Assembly: GCA_046047315.1 (NCBI GenBank)
Contig: JBJOID010000178.1
Location: 1-52,792 of the forward strand
Origin: Candidatus Hydrogenedentota bacterium
GTDB taxonomy: Bacteria; Hydrogenedentota; Hydrogenedentia; Hydrogenedentales; JAEUWI01
Direction: 5' to 3'
DNA: 52,792 bases
A program made the position numbers and the translations under genes. The notes below the pieces were generated by a model. It made no database searches. It saw only the letters and a list, made by a program, of their open reading frames with translations, and was not told the origin of the DNA. Below, piece by piece: positions 1-8,844 of the stretch; positions within the stretch are counted from its first letter, which is position 1, and the number at the start of each line of letters is the position of its first letter.

Positions 1-164
1 GCTGGGAAAATCCTTTCGTGAAGCTTGGCGCGGAGCACACCTGCCATCCCCTGCCTCCCCGCGCGCAGCCCAAAGTGTAGCAAACCAGACACGCCGGGGC
101 CAAGACTGTGCGACACCCACGCCTTCCCGCCTGCCGATGGTACTAAGAGGAGAGCGCCGGGAAG

Positions 165-304
165 ATCATCCCCCGCCCTTCGGACACCCCTTCAAAGGGG
201 GAGACAATACGGCGTTTCCTTTAAATGTTGAGAGCGAAGGACAATATCCGCCTTTGAAGGGGGGGCATGCGGGGGCGGGCCCCCCTGCACGACGGGGGAT
301 GTTT
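165..304. repeat. Interspersed nested-palindrome element, copy A (about 140 bp, MITE/REP-like)
   Basis: Terminal inverted repeats CATCCCCCG (167-175) and CGGGGGATG (293-301). Internal inverted pair CCCCTTCAAAGGGGG (187-201) and CCTTTGAAGGGGGGG (251-265). Both ends and both inner arms recur at 13640-13765. ORFs over it (137..457, 166..384) are translation artefacts of the repeat (FKGG/PLKGG strings). Confidence 0.75.
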
Positions 305-668
305 CTCCCGCCGAGGTGTTGGTATTCGGACCACGCCGCTTGCCAGAACTCAGCCTCCCGGCTTGCCATTGACAATTCCAGCAAAGTGCTCTACTGTTCG
401 ACAATAAACCAGAGCGCCGTAAACCCGCCCACCACCCCGACGTTGGGCCGATGTTGACGCCGGTTGGGAACAGGCGCCGCCCCCAAGGTACACAAGCACC
501 GGAATAGACGTTGCACCGTCGCGTCGGCGCAGTGAGAAGACAGAGTTGCTAACGCTTAAAGTGGTAGCAAGCATTTTGTTTTTAATTATTTAACTATTGT
601 GTAAATACTTATTTCTTTTTCTCGCTATTCATTAAGCAACGTAGATTGGCCAAAGGAGTAACCAGTTA

Positions 669-1817
669 ATGTGTATCACTTACGTTGAGCGCGCGATTAA
701 GCTCTTGGTTTTGTTTTTATTGAGTGTCGTTTGCGGTAGAGCTGCCGCTTTTGAAAGAGAGAAAATCCCAATCATTTTGTTCGGCGATTCAACTCCTTTA
801 TCGGGAATCTTGATGGAAATTGACCTGGATTCAACCCTTAGGGGGAAGAATCCGCTGTTGGATCAAGATTGCTTGTCGCACCCGGTGCTTCGTAGTTTAA
901 AGCCATTGCTGGAGACTTTGGCTTCGCCGGGTAACACTTCAACAGAAGCGCTGGCAGCAGTTAGCTTAAACGAGATTGAAACCAAGCACCACGAAGCCTT
1001 TTTGACCCGTTTTCGTCAACAGTTTCCGGATCTCGAGTCGATTGAAGTTGGGATAATAACTCGCATTGGTGAATGGCTACGGGTGAGCTTTTTAGTTTCT
1101 GGAAAGTCTCCCGACACTTCCCATTTCGGCTTCGCTTTAAAGTGTGGAAATGAGTCTTCATGTAAAGTTGATTTCTCGCAAGGTCCGCAGGAACCCCTGA
1201 CATTCCTATGGGCAGACTTAAGTTCAAACTATTCGAGGAGATTGACTGCTCCACTCAAGGAGCCAGAGGGTAACTTTTACTCATTACCATTGTGCTTCGA
1301 CCAGGCTGCGGACCAAGAAAATTGTGCCGAGTTGCTGCTATCGGTTAAGAAGGTTTCCAAAGAATCCTCCGACTTTAGCGAACTAATTGCTGATTATGGG
1401 GCGTATCGTGCTGCATTGAAAGATGCTCTCGGCGCTAATGAATTCACCTCTGCGGAACTGGAGTCTTTAACGAAGCAGATGGAGAGCACTCTGGCCGCAC
1501 GTATTAAGAAGAAGGTTGCGAACCTAAGCAAAATTAATAAAATAAAGTATTTTCTAAATAGTAATTTTTCAAAATTGATAGAGTACGATACCATCGCGGC
1601 AATTCTTGGTGACGGCGATAAGTTTTATTGTTTGTTGCGAGATTCCTCTGATGATGTGAGTACGCAAGCTTACGTGTTGCCTGTAACGCGAAGCGAAGGA
1701 GGCTACAAGTTTGGCGGCGGCGGCTATGGTTTGGGAGATCGGGGAGATGAAATAAGTCTTGTACTAAATCACAACAGCGGCTCGCTTAGCAATCGACTTT
1801 TGAAAGAGTTACTTTGA
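669..1817 (+). CDS. Hypothetical exported protein, no recognisable family
   Basis: 382-codon ORF. AGGAG lies about 10 nt upstream of the ATG. The N-terminal hydrophobic stretch KLLVLFLLSVVCGRAAA looks like a signal peptide. The sequence is visibly AT-richer than the rest of the window. I recognised no conserved motif. Confidence 0.6.
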   Translation: MCITYVERAIKLLVLFLLSVVCGRAAAFEREKIPIILFGDSTPLSGILMEIDLDSTLRGKNPLLDQDCLSHPVLRSLKPLLETLASPGNTSTEALAAVSLNEIETKHHEAFLTRFRQQFPDLESIEVGIITRIGEWLRVSFLVSGKSPDTSHFGFALKCGNESSCKVDFSQGPQEPLTFLWADLSSNYSRRLTAPLKEPEGNFYSLPLCFDQAADQENCAELLLSVKKVSKESSDFSELIADYGAYRAALKDALGANEFTSAELESLTKQMESTLAARIKKKVANLSKINKIKYFLNSNFSKLIEYDTIAAILGDGDKFYCLLRDSSDDVSTQAYVLPVTRSEGGYKFGGGGYGLGDRGDEISLVLNHNSGSLSNRLLKELL

Positions 1818-1984
1818 TTTTCCCGTTCGATACAATTCAACTTTGCAACGCAGGTGCCCGCGAGTTCCAGGACCGACATCCATTCGCGGCCCACGCCACA
1901 TCGAAACCGGAGCGATGGCGGTTGGCTCGGTGTGCGTACTCTGGGCGCAGCAGGCTTGCCCCCATGCAGCCAGAGGTATAAGCG

Positions 1985-3841
1985 ATGAGATACTCGCGTG
2001 AGATGCAATGCTTTTCGAAATGCCGCCAGTCCGCCCTGGCTTTGTCTGTGTTTCTGTTTGCCGCCTCGGCCGTCCCGGCGGAGATACCCGAGGCGTGGAA
2101 GCCCCGTCTGCTGCCCGGACAAGAGGGCGTGGTTTTTTCTTACTACCCTGCACCCGCCGATGTGGCTGCGCTGGAGGAGCTCATTGCCGTCCTGAAGCGG
2201 GAGCATCTCGCCAATGGCTTTGACCCGGGCCCTACCCCTGTTCCCGAAGCACAAGCGGCCTTCGACCTGCTTGCCACCCTCGGGTGGCCGGTCGTCAGTT
2301 ATCCGCCCCATTATGGCGAGTTCCAGATAGCGGGTTCCCACTCGCGCCTTGACGACGCCCATGAGGCGGTGCTGCAAACGCTGGACCGTGCGGGGGCGTT
2401 TAACGCATTGCAACTGGGCGAGTGGGGGTACTACTTCCACGAGCTCTCGCACAGTGAGGCGTGGTGGAAATCTACCTACGGAGAAGAACTGGAAACTTTT
2501 CGCCCGCTCATGAAAAGCGCGGAGCTGCGCGGATATGACACCTTGCCCGCCACGCGTCCGGAGGCTTATGCACAACTGAAAGGCTATTTCCTGGAGCGGC
2601 TGAATTCCCAGCGTGGCCGCACCATCAGCATCACCGGTCATTCACATTACGAGTGCTATGCCGCCGCATGGGGCGCGCGCACCATCGGGATTGAACTGGG
2701 GGAAAATATTGGCTTCACACAAAGCAAGCTGGCCTTCACCCGTGGAGCCGCCCGCCAGTGGGGAATTCCTTTCACCGTGCAGGTAAGTCCCTGGTTCGGC
2801 CCAAACTGCACCACGGCCGGACCATTGCGCCGTGGCGAGGATGGAATCACCCGGGGGCTTGACGCTGGACACTCGCTCAGCTTCTACCGCCGGATCTGGT
2901 TGCACGCCTGGTTTGCCGGGGCGGCCATGGTCACTCCGGAGAACAGCGCCGCCATCTGGTTTGAACCCGAAGAGCCCAGGTATCGCCTGACCGATCACGC
3001 GCGCGCCGCTGCTGAAGTATTTCGGTTCATGCTGTCGCATGACCGCGGCGTGCCTTATACGCCCGTCGCCATCGTGGTGGATGAGTACACGGGCTACAAT
3101 GGGTTCCAAGGCAAGCCGTGGGGAATCTTCGAAAATACCCCGGGCGACCAACAGCTGCGCGACCTGCTGGAGCACCAGTTATTTCCCGGCGCCGACTTTC
3201 GGCATGAACCGGTCGCCCCGGAAAGACTGGAATCACACTATCTGCGCCCCACGCCCTACGGCGAGATCTGCGATGTCCTTCTTTCAAATGCTGCCCCCGC
3301 GGTACTCAGCGCCTACCCTGTCCTCTTGATCGCGGGGGACCACGGATTCCCCCCAACCTTCGTGAACGCGTTAAAGGATGCACTTCATGCAGGTAGCCGA
3401 CTTCTTTTGAACGAATCCCACCGCCATGCACTGGGCGAGCAATTCACGGAACTGGAGAGTACCGGGAGGCTAACGCTCATACCCGCATCTCGTTGCGAAA
3501 GCACGGGACGCCCAGAGGCCATAGCCCCGGCCGAACTGGCTCGAATCGCCTCGAAACTCTTGCCCGTTTCCGTATCAGGCGATGAGGTGCAATTTCAGGT
3601 CAATCGAAATGGCAAGGGATGGGTGGTCGAATTGGTCAACAATTGCGGCGTTCAAAAATGGCCCGATCAACCCGCCCAGATTGATCCGGAGGCCGCCATC
3701 ACGGTGAGCGTCGAGGCACGTCTCCCCATGTCGCAGGCGGTCGAATGGTGGACCGATACAACCTACCCCCCAGACCAGCCCGTTCGCATGACGATTCCAC
3801 CCGGCGAATCCCGCTTTCTCGAGCTCACCCTCGCGAATTAG
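1985..3841 (+). CDS. Hypothetical exported protein (possibly glycoside-hydrolase-like; function uncertain)
   Basis: 618-codon ORF with typical high-GC codon usage. Signal-like N-terminus (ALALSVFLFAASAVPAE). Acidic motifs GIELGEN and TPENS hint at TIM-barrel hydrolases, but no family was confidently recognised. Confidence 0.65.
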   Translation: MRYSREMQCFSKCRQSALALSVFLFAASAVPAEIPEAWKPRLLPGQEGVVFSYYPAPADVAALEELIAVLKREHLANGFDPGPTPVPEAQAAFDLLATLGWPVVSYPPHYGEFQIAGSHSRLDDAHEAVLQTLDRAGAFNALQLGEWGYYFHELSHSEAWWKSTYGEELETFRPLMKSAELRGYDTLPATRPEAYAQLKGYFLERLNSQRGRTISITGHSHYECYAAAWGARTIGIELGENIGFTQSKLAFTRGAARQWGIPFTVQVSPWFGPNCTTAGPLRRGEDGITRGLDAGHSLSFYRRIWLHAWFAGAAMVTPENSAAIWFEPEEPRYRLTDHARAAAEVFRFMLSHDRGVPYTPVAIVVDEYTGYNGFQGKPWGIFENTPGDQQLRDLLEHQLFPGADFRHEPVAPERLESHYLRPTPYGEICDVLLSNAAPAVLSAYPVLLIAGDHGFPPTFVNALKDALHAGSRLLLNESHRHALGEQFTELESTGRLTLIPASRCESTGRPEAIAPAELARIASKLLPVSVSGDEVQFQVNRNGKGWVVELVNNCGVQKWPDQPAQIDPEAAITVSVEARLPMSQAVEWWTDTTYPPDQPVRMTIPPGESRFLELTLAN

Positions 3842-3872
3842 CCCGTGCGTGTCTCCCATCCAACCCATTAAC

Positions 3873-3902
3873 TTGACATATCGTAACATCACGATGTATA
3901 CT
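3873..3902 (+). promoter_or_regulatory. Sigma70-like promoter with embedded inverted repeat upstream of the ArsR-family gene
   Basis: TTGACA (3873-3878), 18-nt spacer, TATACT (3897-3902). The inverted repeat ATCGT-N6-ACGAT sits in the spacer. The in-frame ATG at 3909 lies about 7 nt after the -10 box and has no Shine-Dalgarno sequence. Confidence 0.5.
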
Positions 3903-3908
3903 GACGTC

Positions 3909-4214
3909 ATGAAAACAACGTCACAATATATCCCGCTGGAACAGATGGAGCACGCGGCGCAGTGCCTGCGGACGCTGGCGCATCCGCACCGTTTGCGTAT
4001 GGTGGAAATGCTGCTGGATGGTGAGTATACGGTGGGCGAGCTGGCGGAGGCCTGCGGCATTCCGAGTCATATGGCCTCGGAACACTTGGGCAAGATGCGG
4101 GATCGCGGGCTGCTGGCCTTTGAACGGCGCGGACAGTGCATCTACTACCGTGCGGCTGATCCCGGTCTGGGCAGCATACTGGAGTGCATTCGCAAGCGGT
4201 TCGGCGCGGGCTGA
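3909..4214 (+). CDS. ArsR/SmtB-family transcriptional regulator (YgaV/BigR/SqrR-like)
   Basis: Winged-helix signature LRTLAHPHRLRMVEMLLDGEYTVGELAEACGIPSHMASEHLGKMRDRGLL. Cys in AAQCLRTL and a C-terminal Cys in ILECIRKRF match the positions of the BigR/SqrR redox pair. Alternative in-frame starts at 3849 (GTG) and 3894 would lie inside the putative promoter. Confidence 0.85.
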   Translation: MKTTSQYIPLEQMEHAAQCLRTLAHPHRLRMVEMLLDGEYTVGELAEACGIPSHMASEHLGKMRDRGLLAFERRGQCIYYRAADPGLGSILECIRKRFGAG

Positions 4215-4296
4215 GCCACTTGGTAACGACGAGTGAAGTAACCTTAGTGTCGAATATATCGTTAACTCGCAACATAACCACACAGGAGATATAGAC

Positions 4297-4827
4297 ATGG
4301 GTGCGATAAAGACCATAACCCCGGCGGAAGTGGAAGCCTGCATGCGGCGCGGGGAGGCGGTGGCCTTGGTGGATGTGCGTTCTCCGGCGGAGCACCGTGC
4401 TGTGCATGCAGTGGGAGCGCGCAATGTGCCGCTGGATTCGCTGAATCCGGATCAGTGCAAGAAGCTTTGCGCGCAGACCGCGAATGGCAAAGTGTATGTG
4501 ATATGTAAGAGTGGACAGCGGGCCAAGGCAGCGGCAGAAAAGATGGCGGCGGCGGTAGAGGCGGAGGTCTATGTGGTGGAGGGCGGAACCGACGCGTGGG
4601 CCGGTGCTGGACTGCCGGTGGAACAGGGCAAGGGTGCCATCAGCATTGAGCGCCAAGTGCGCATCGCAGCAGGCTCGCTGGTGGTGCTGGGTGTGGCGCT
4701 GTCGCTGGCGGTGCATCCGGCCTTCATCGGCTTGTCGGCCTTTGTGGGCTGCGGGTTGATTTTCGCCGGGGTGACCGATAGCTGCATGATGGGGCTACTG
4801 CTTGCCAAGATGCCGTGGAATCAATAG
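4297..4827 (+). CDS. Rhodanese-domain sulfurtransferase with C-terminal DUF2892-type membrane anchor (YgaP-like)
   Basis: Rhodanese fold motifs: VDVRSPAEH, active-site loop CKSGQRA, and GGTDAW. The C-terminal two-helix hydrophobic region ends in FAGVTDSCMMGLLLAKMPW. GGAG lies upstream of the ATG. Confidence 0.85.
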   Translation: MGAIKTITPAEVEACMRRGEAVALVDVRSPAEHRAVHAVGARNVPLDSLNPDQCKKLCAQTANGKVYVICKSGQRAKAAAEKMAAAVEAEVYVVEGGTDAWAGAGLPVEQGKGAISIERQVRIAAGSLVVLGVALSLAVHPAFIGLSAFVGCGLIFAGVTDSCMMGLLLAKMPWNQ

Positions 4828-4856
4828 CGGTGCTTCACCGCTGGGAGGTACGGGCC

Positions 4857-6533
4857 ATGTCGACACCAGACATTCGAACGATCGTGATTGTGGGCGCGGT
4901 GGCGGGCGGCGCAACGGCGGCCACCCGGGCGCGCCGCTGCAACGAGAACGCCCGGATCATCCTTTACGAAAAGGATGCGCACGCGTCGTTCGCCAATTGT
5001 GGGTTGCCCTATTTTCTGGGCGGCGAGATTACGGATCGCGAAAAGCTGTTGGTGGCGAAACCGGAGACTTTCACCAGGCGCTACAACATTGAGCTGAAGA
5101 CACGGCACGAAGTGACGCGCATCGACCCGGACAATCGGTTAGTGCATGTATTGGAGCGGGACAGCGGGCGGGAGTTCACCCAAGCCTATGACCGGCTAAT
5201 ACTTGCGCCGGGGGCGGCCCCGCTGGTACCGCCGATTGACGGCGCGAAGGCGCCGAATGTGTTTACCCTGCGCAACCTCGAAGACACGGACCGCATCGCG
5301 GCGCACCTGTCGCAAGCGCATCCAAAGCAGGTGGCCGTGATTGGCGCGGGCTTCATCGGCCTGGAAATGGCGGAACAGTTGCGCCACCGGGGCATCGAGG
5401 TGCTGGTGGTGGAACTTGCGGACCAGGTGCTCCCCCCGCTCGACCCCGAGATGGCCAGTTTCATCCAGGAGGAACTGGAACTCAAGGGGGTGCGGGTCAA
5501 GGTGGGCGATGGCGTGAAGTCCTTCCAGCTGCGGGATGGCCACGTTTCGGGGGTGACGCTGAATAGCGGCGCGGAAATCCCGTGCGACGCGGTCATCATG
5601 AGCATTGGCGTGCGTCCACTGGTGGATCTGGCCAAGAATGCCGGGCTGACCATCGGCGAGAGCGGTGGCATCGAAGTGAATGAATACATGCAGACCAGCC
5701 GCTCAGAGATTTATGCAGTAGGCGACGCGGCCGCCTACCGGCATGGCGTAACGTGTACCGCCATGCGCGTGCCGCTGGCGGGGCCGGCCAACCGCGCCGG
5801 CCGCATTGCTGGAGAACACGCCGCTACGGATCGGTCGGCGCCCATGGCCCCGGTGCTGGGCACCGCCATCATACGCGTGTTTGGCAAGACGGCCGCGCTG
5901 ACGGGCCTGACCATGAAGGCCGCCGCACGCGCGGGCATCGCCGCCAAGGAGGCGGTGATCACCGCCAACCACCATGCCGGCTATTACCCCGGAGCGCAAC
6001 CCATGACGCTCAAGCTGGTCTACTGCCCGGACACGGGCAAGGTGCTTGGCGCTCAGGCCGTGGGCGGCGACGGGGTGGACAAGCGCATCGACGTGATCGC
6101 CACGGCCATTCACCTCGGCGCGACGGTGGAACATCTCTCAGGGCTGGATTTGTGTTATGCGCCGCCCTTTGGCAGCGCCCGCGATCCGGTGCATGTGGCC
6201 GCTTTCGTGGCGATGAACGACCGGGACGGCCTGAGCCCCACGGCCAACGCCCGCACGGTGCCCGACGGCATGCAATACGTGGACGTGCGCAACTGCGGCG
6301 AGGTGGAACAGTGTTGCCACCCGGCCGCGGTGAATATTCCAGTGGACGAATTACGTGACCGAATCGGTGATCTGGACCCGAATCAACCCACCTTGGTTAC
6401 CTGTCACTCGGGTTTGCGAGGGCATGTGGCCACCTGCATCCTGAAGCAGCACGGGTTCAACGACGTGCGTAACCTGACTGGGGGTATGTATCTGCAGCAG
6501 CGCATCTGCCCCGAAAAACTGACCAAGAAGTAG
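4857..6533 (+). CDS. CoA-disulfide reductase / NADH-oxidase-family flavoprotein fused to a C-terminal rhodanese domain (CoADR-RHD)
   Basis: FAD motif IVIVGAVAGG. Redox Cys motif SFANCGLPY. Second dinucleotide fold VAVIGAGFIGLE. C-terminal rhodanese loop CHSGLRG. GGGAGG lies 8 nt upstream of the ATG at 4857. The track ORF starts at 4815 and overlaps the upstream gene. Confidence 0.88.
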   Translation: MSTPDIRTIVIVGAVAGGATAATRARRCNENARIILYEKDAHASFANCGLPYFLGGEITDREKLLVAKPETFTRRYNIELKTRHEVTRIDPDNRLVHVLERDSGREFTQAYDRLILAPGAAPLVPPIDGAKAPNVFTLRNLEDTDRIAAHLSQAHPKQVAVIGAGFIGLEMAEQLRHRGIEVLVVELADQVLPPLDPEMASFIQEELELKGVRVKVGDGVKSFQLRDGHVSGVTLNSGAEIPCDAVIMSIGVRPLVDLAKNAGLTIGESGGIEVNEYMQTSRSEIYAVGDAAAYRHGVTCTAMRVPLAGPANRAGRIAGEHAATDRSAPMAPVLGTAIIRVFGKTAALTGLTMKAAARAGIAAKEAVITANHHAGYYPGAQPMTLKLVYCPDTGKVLGAQAVGGDGVDKRIDVIATAIHLGATVEHLSGLDLCYAPPFGSARDPVHVAAFVAMNDRDGLSPTANARTVPDGMQYVDVRNCGEVEQCCHPAAVNIPVDELRDRIGDLDPNQPTLVTCHSGLRGHVATCILKQHGFNDVRNLTGGMYLQQRICPEKLTKK

Positions 6534-6556
6534 CCTGCCTGTAATGGGCAGATGAA

Positions 6557-6590
6557 AATCCCCCCGGGGTCCATGAACCCCGGGGGGATT
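6557..6590. terminator. Bidirectional hairpin terminator between convergent genes
   Basis: Perfect 13-bp stem AATCCCCCCGGGG / CCCCGGGGGGATT with an 8-nt loop. It sits between the CoADR stop (6533) and the SDR stop (6612). A T-run follows the hairpin on the minus strand. Confidence 0.7.
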
Positions 6591-6611
6591 GCTATTCCGA
6601 CGCTGTCGATA

Positions 6612-7436
6612 TCAGAAGATTAGGGCAAGCTCGCCCACATGAATCAAGCCGAGCGAAGCCGAGGTGGCCAGCAGATTGGTCACGCGCTGCAAACGATTCT
6701 TCCAGCGGGCGAGGCGCGCCTCGAAGGGGGTCACACGATCAATGACGGAGGAGCGATTGCCCAGAGCCTTGAAGCACGTGGCCACCACTTGCTCCGGCTG
6801 GCGAAACATTTCCTTGGGGGGAAGCCGCTTCACCTGTGCGACGTTGTGGAATTCGGTTTGCGTGAAGCCGGGAGACAAGCTCAGAACATCAATTCCGAGA
6901 GGCTTCAGCTCATCATGCAAAGCTTCTCCCAACATTCGGCTGAAGGCTTTTGAAGCCCCGTAAACTGCGAGCATTGGGGCGGGCTGATAGGCCGCCGTGC
7001 TCGCAAGAAAGATGATGGCGCCGTTTCGATTCGCCACCATGTCCGGTATGAATAAACTCGTCAACGCGACGGGAGCTTTGCAGTTGACATCGACGATAGC
7101 GTTCTGCCAATCGCTTTCAGTCTCGTGAAAAGGGGCATAGCTTCCAAAGCCGGCATTGTTCACGAGCATGCCGACGCGAATGCCTCTCTCATTACAGGCC
7201 GCGTGTATTGCTTCGGCTGCACCCGGTTCGGTCAGATCCTGCGCGAACACATGCGTCTGCACACTGTAGTCTCGCATGATCTGTTGGGCAAGCCACTCTA
7301 GCCGGTCACGCCGCCGCGCTACCAACACCACGTCCATACCTTCGCTGGCGCAGTGACGGGCGAAAGCCTCCCCGAGTCCGGCGCTTGCGCCAGTGATAAG
7401 CGCTGCGCCCTGATAGCGTTCCGAAAGTCGAGCCAT
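6612..7436 (-). CDS. SDR-family oxidoreductase
   Basis: Motifs TGASAGLG, NNAG and YGASKAF. I chose the start at MARLSERY (7436). The track ORF extends to 7475. Confidence 0.88.
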   Translation of the reverse strand: MARLSERYQGAALITGASAGLGEAFARHCASEGMDVVLVARRRDRLEWLAQQIMRDYSVQTHVFAQDLTEPGAAEAIHAACNERGIRVGMLVNNAGFGSYAPFHETESDWQNAIVDVNCKAPVALTSLFIPDMVANRNGAIIFLASTAAYQPAPMLAVYGASKAFSRMLGEALHDELKPLGIDVLSLSPGFTQTEFHNVAQVKRLPPKEMFRQPEQVVATCFKALGNRSSVIDRVTPFEARLARWKNRLQRVTNLLATSASLGLIHVGELALIF

Positions 7437-7578
7437 GCAGTGGTCTCCATGTCCGTCCGGTTTGGATTCTACCATCGAACCGGATTTACCGCAATCGCCG
7501 TATGGCTAAGGCACTAGAATTTTGGCATTTACGCCAAGATGTGTCAAGAATTAAAATCGTGATCCAGAAGTTTATCCG

Positions 7579-8706
7579 CTAAACCAGCACGACATTGTCG
7601 CGGTGCGCCACCTCGTCGAAGTCTTTTCGGCCCAGAATGCCGACAATCTCATGGCTGCCGTGCCCCTTGATCATTCGGATGTCATGGCTGGAATAGTTCA
7701 CAAGGGCGCGTGCCAGCACCTGCCCCGCCGCATCCAAAATCTCCACGGCCGCACCGGCCTCGAAGTCCCCCGCCACTTCGATGACGCCGGCAGCCAGCAG
7801 GCTCTTCCCCTGTTCCACCAGGGCGCGCCGGGCGCCGTCATCCACGCGCAGCTGCCCGGAGATCTTGCGGCCGAAAGCGATCCACCGCTTCCGGTGAGAG
7901 AGAGCTTCTTTGGTCACAGTGAACAGGGTATGCCGCGCGGTTCCGTCAAGCACGCCTTTGATCACCTCGTTGGCGTGGCCATTGGCAATGGCGACCGGCA
8001 CCCCGGCGGCCGTGGCAATGCTGACGGCGGACAGCTTGGTCTGCATGCCGCCCGTGCCGGTGGCCGTGCCGGGGCCGCCCGCCATCTCGCGAATTTCCGG
8101 CGTGAGTTCAGCGACCACCGGGATGAGCTGGGCGTCGGGATACTGGCCCGGATTTTTGTCGTAAAGTCCGTCCACATCGCTGAGAATGATGAGCAGCCCG
8201 GCATTGGTCTTCGCCGCGACCCGGGCGGCCAAGGTGTCGTTGTCTCCAAAGCGAAGCTGCTCGACCGCGGTGGTGTCGTTCTCGTTGATGATGGGCACCA
8301 CGCGCTTCATGGCGAAGAGCGTGTTGAGCGTGTTCCGAACGTTCAGGTAACGCTCTCGGTCGTCGAGGTCGCCGGGCGACAGGAGAATCTGGGCGGAGTG
8401 CAGGTCGTCGCCGTAATGCCGGAACAGGGTCTCGTAATAGTGCATGAGCGTGGCCTGCCCAACCGCCGCCACAGCCTGCTTGAGCGGCAGGGTGGCGGGG
8501 CGCTGCTCGATGCCCAGCGCGTTCATGCCGCAACCCACAGCACCCGAAGTGACGATGAGGATGTTGAGATCGTGCTGGCGCTTGAGTTCGCACAACTCGC
8601 GCACCACGGCCTCCATCACCTTGCCTTCAAAGGCAAGCTTGCCCCGAAGCAGGTTGGTGCCAATCTTTACGATGAGCGTGCCCAGATGGGCGGGATCGAA
8701 TGCCAT
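7579..8706 (-). CDS. proB: Glutamate 5-kinase
   Basis: Amino-acid kinase motifs (IVKIGTNLL, IVTSGAVGCG, NENDT, SDVDGLY) plus a C-terminal PUA domain (GQLRVDDGA...IEV). Confidence 0.93.
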   Translation of the reverse strand: MAFDPAHLGTLIVKIGTNLLRGKLAFEGKVMEAVVRELCELKRQHDLNILIVTSGAVGCGMNALGIEQRPATLPLKQAVAAVGQATLMHYYETLFRHYGDDLHSAQILLSPGDLDDRERYLNVRNTLNTLFAMKRVVPIINENDTTAVEQLRFGDNDTLAARVAAKTNAGLLIILSDVDGLYDKNPGQYPDAQLIPVVAELTPEIREMAGGPGTATGTGGMQTKLSAVSIATAAGVPVAIANGHANEVIKGVLDGTARHTLFTVTKEALSHRKRWIAFGRKISGQLRVDDGARRALVEQGKSLLAAGVIEVAGDFEAGAAVEILDAAGQVLARALVNYSSHDIRMIKGHGSHEIVGILGRKDFDEVAHRDNVVLV

Positions 8707-8844
8707 GCGATGGTGCGCCTTGGGACTTGGGTTACAGGAGCGGGATTTTAACCGAAAGCATCATGCCGCGCACACCGGGCATGGGAAGAAACCTGCCGCC
8801 GCGCCGGAAGCCCCGGCGCAGCGGCGGTGAGCAATACGCACGGT

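Noticed and set aside
1-78. Possible 3' end of a plus-strand gene entering from the left edge (frame 3 open to a TAG at 76-78: WENPFVKLGAEHTCHPLPPRAQPKV).
   Set aside because: Only 25 codons are visible and no motif is present, so it cannot be supported from this window.
25-457. ORFs 25..231 and 137..457 (and minus-strand ORFs 166..384 and 192..404) in the 5' non-coding region.
   Set aside because: They run through the palindromic repeat and yield FKGG/PLKGG-type peptides that mirror the repeat on both strands. There is no RBS and no protein-like composition.
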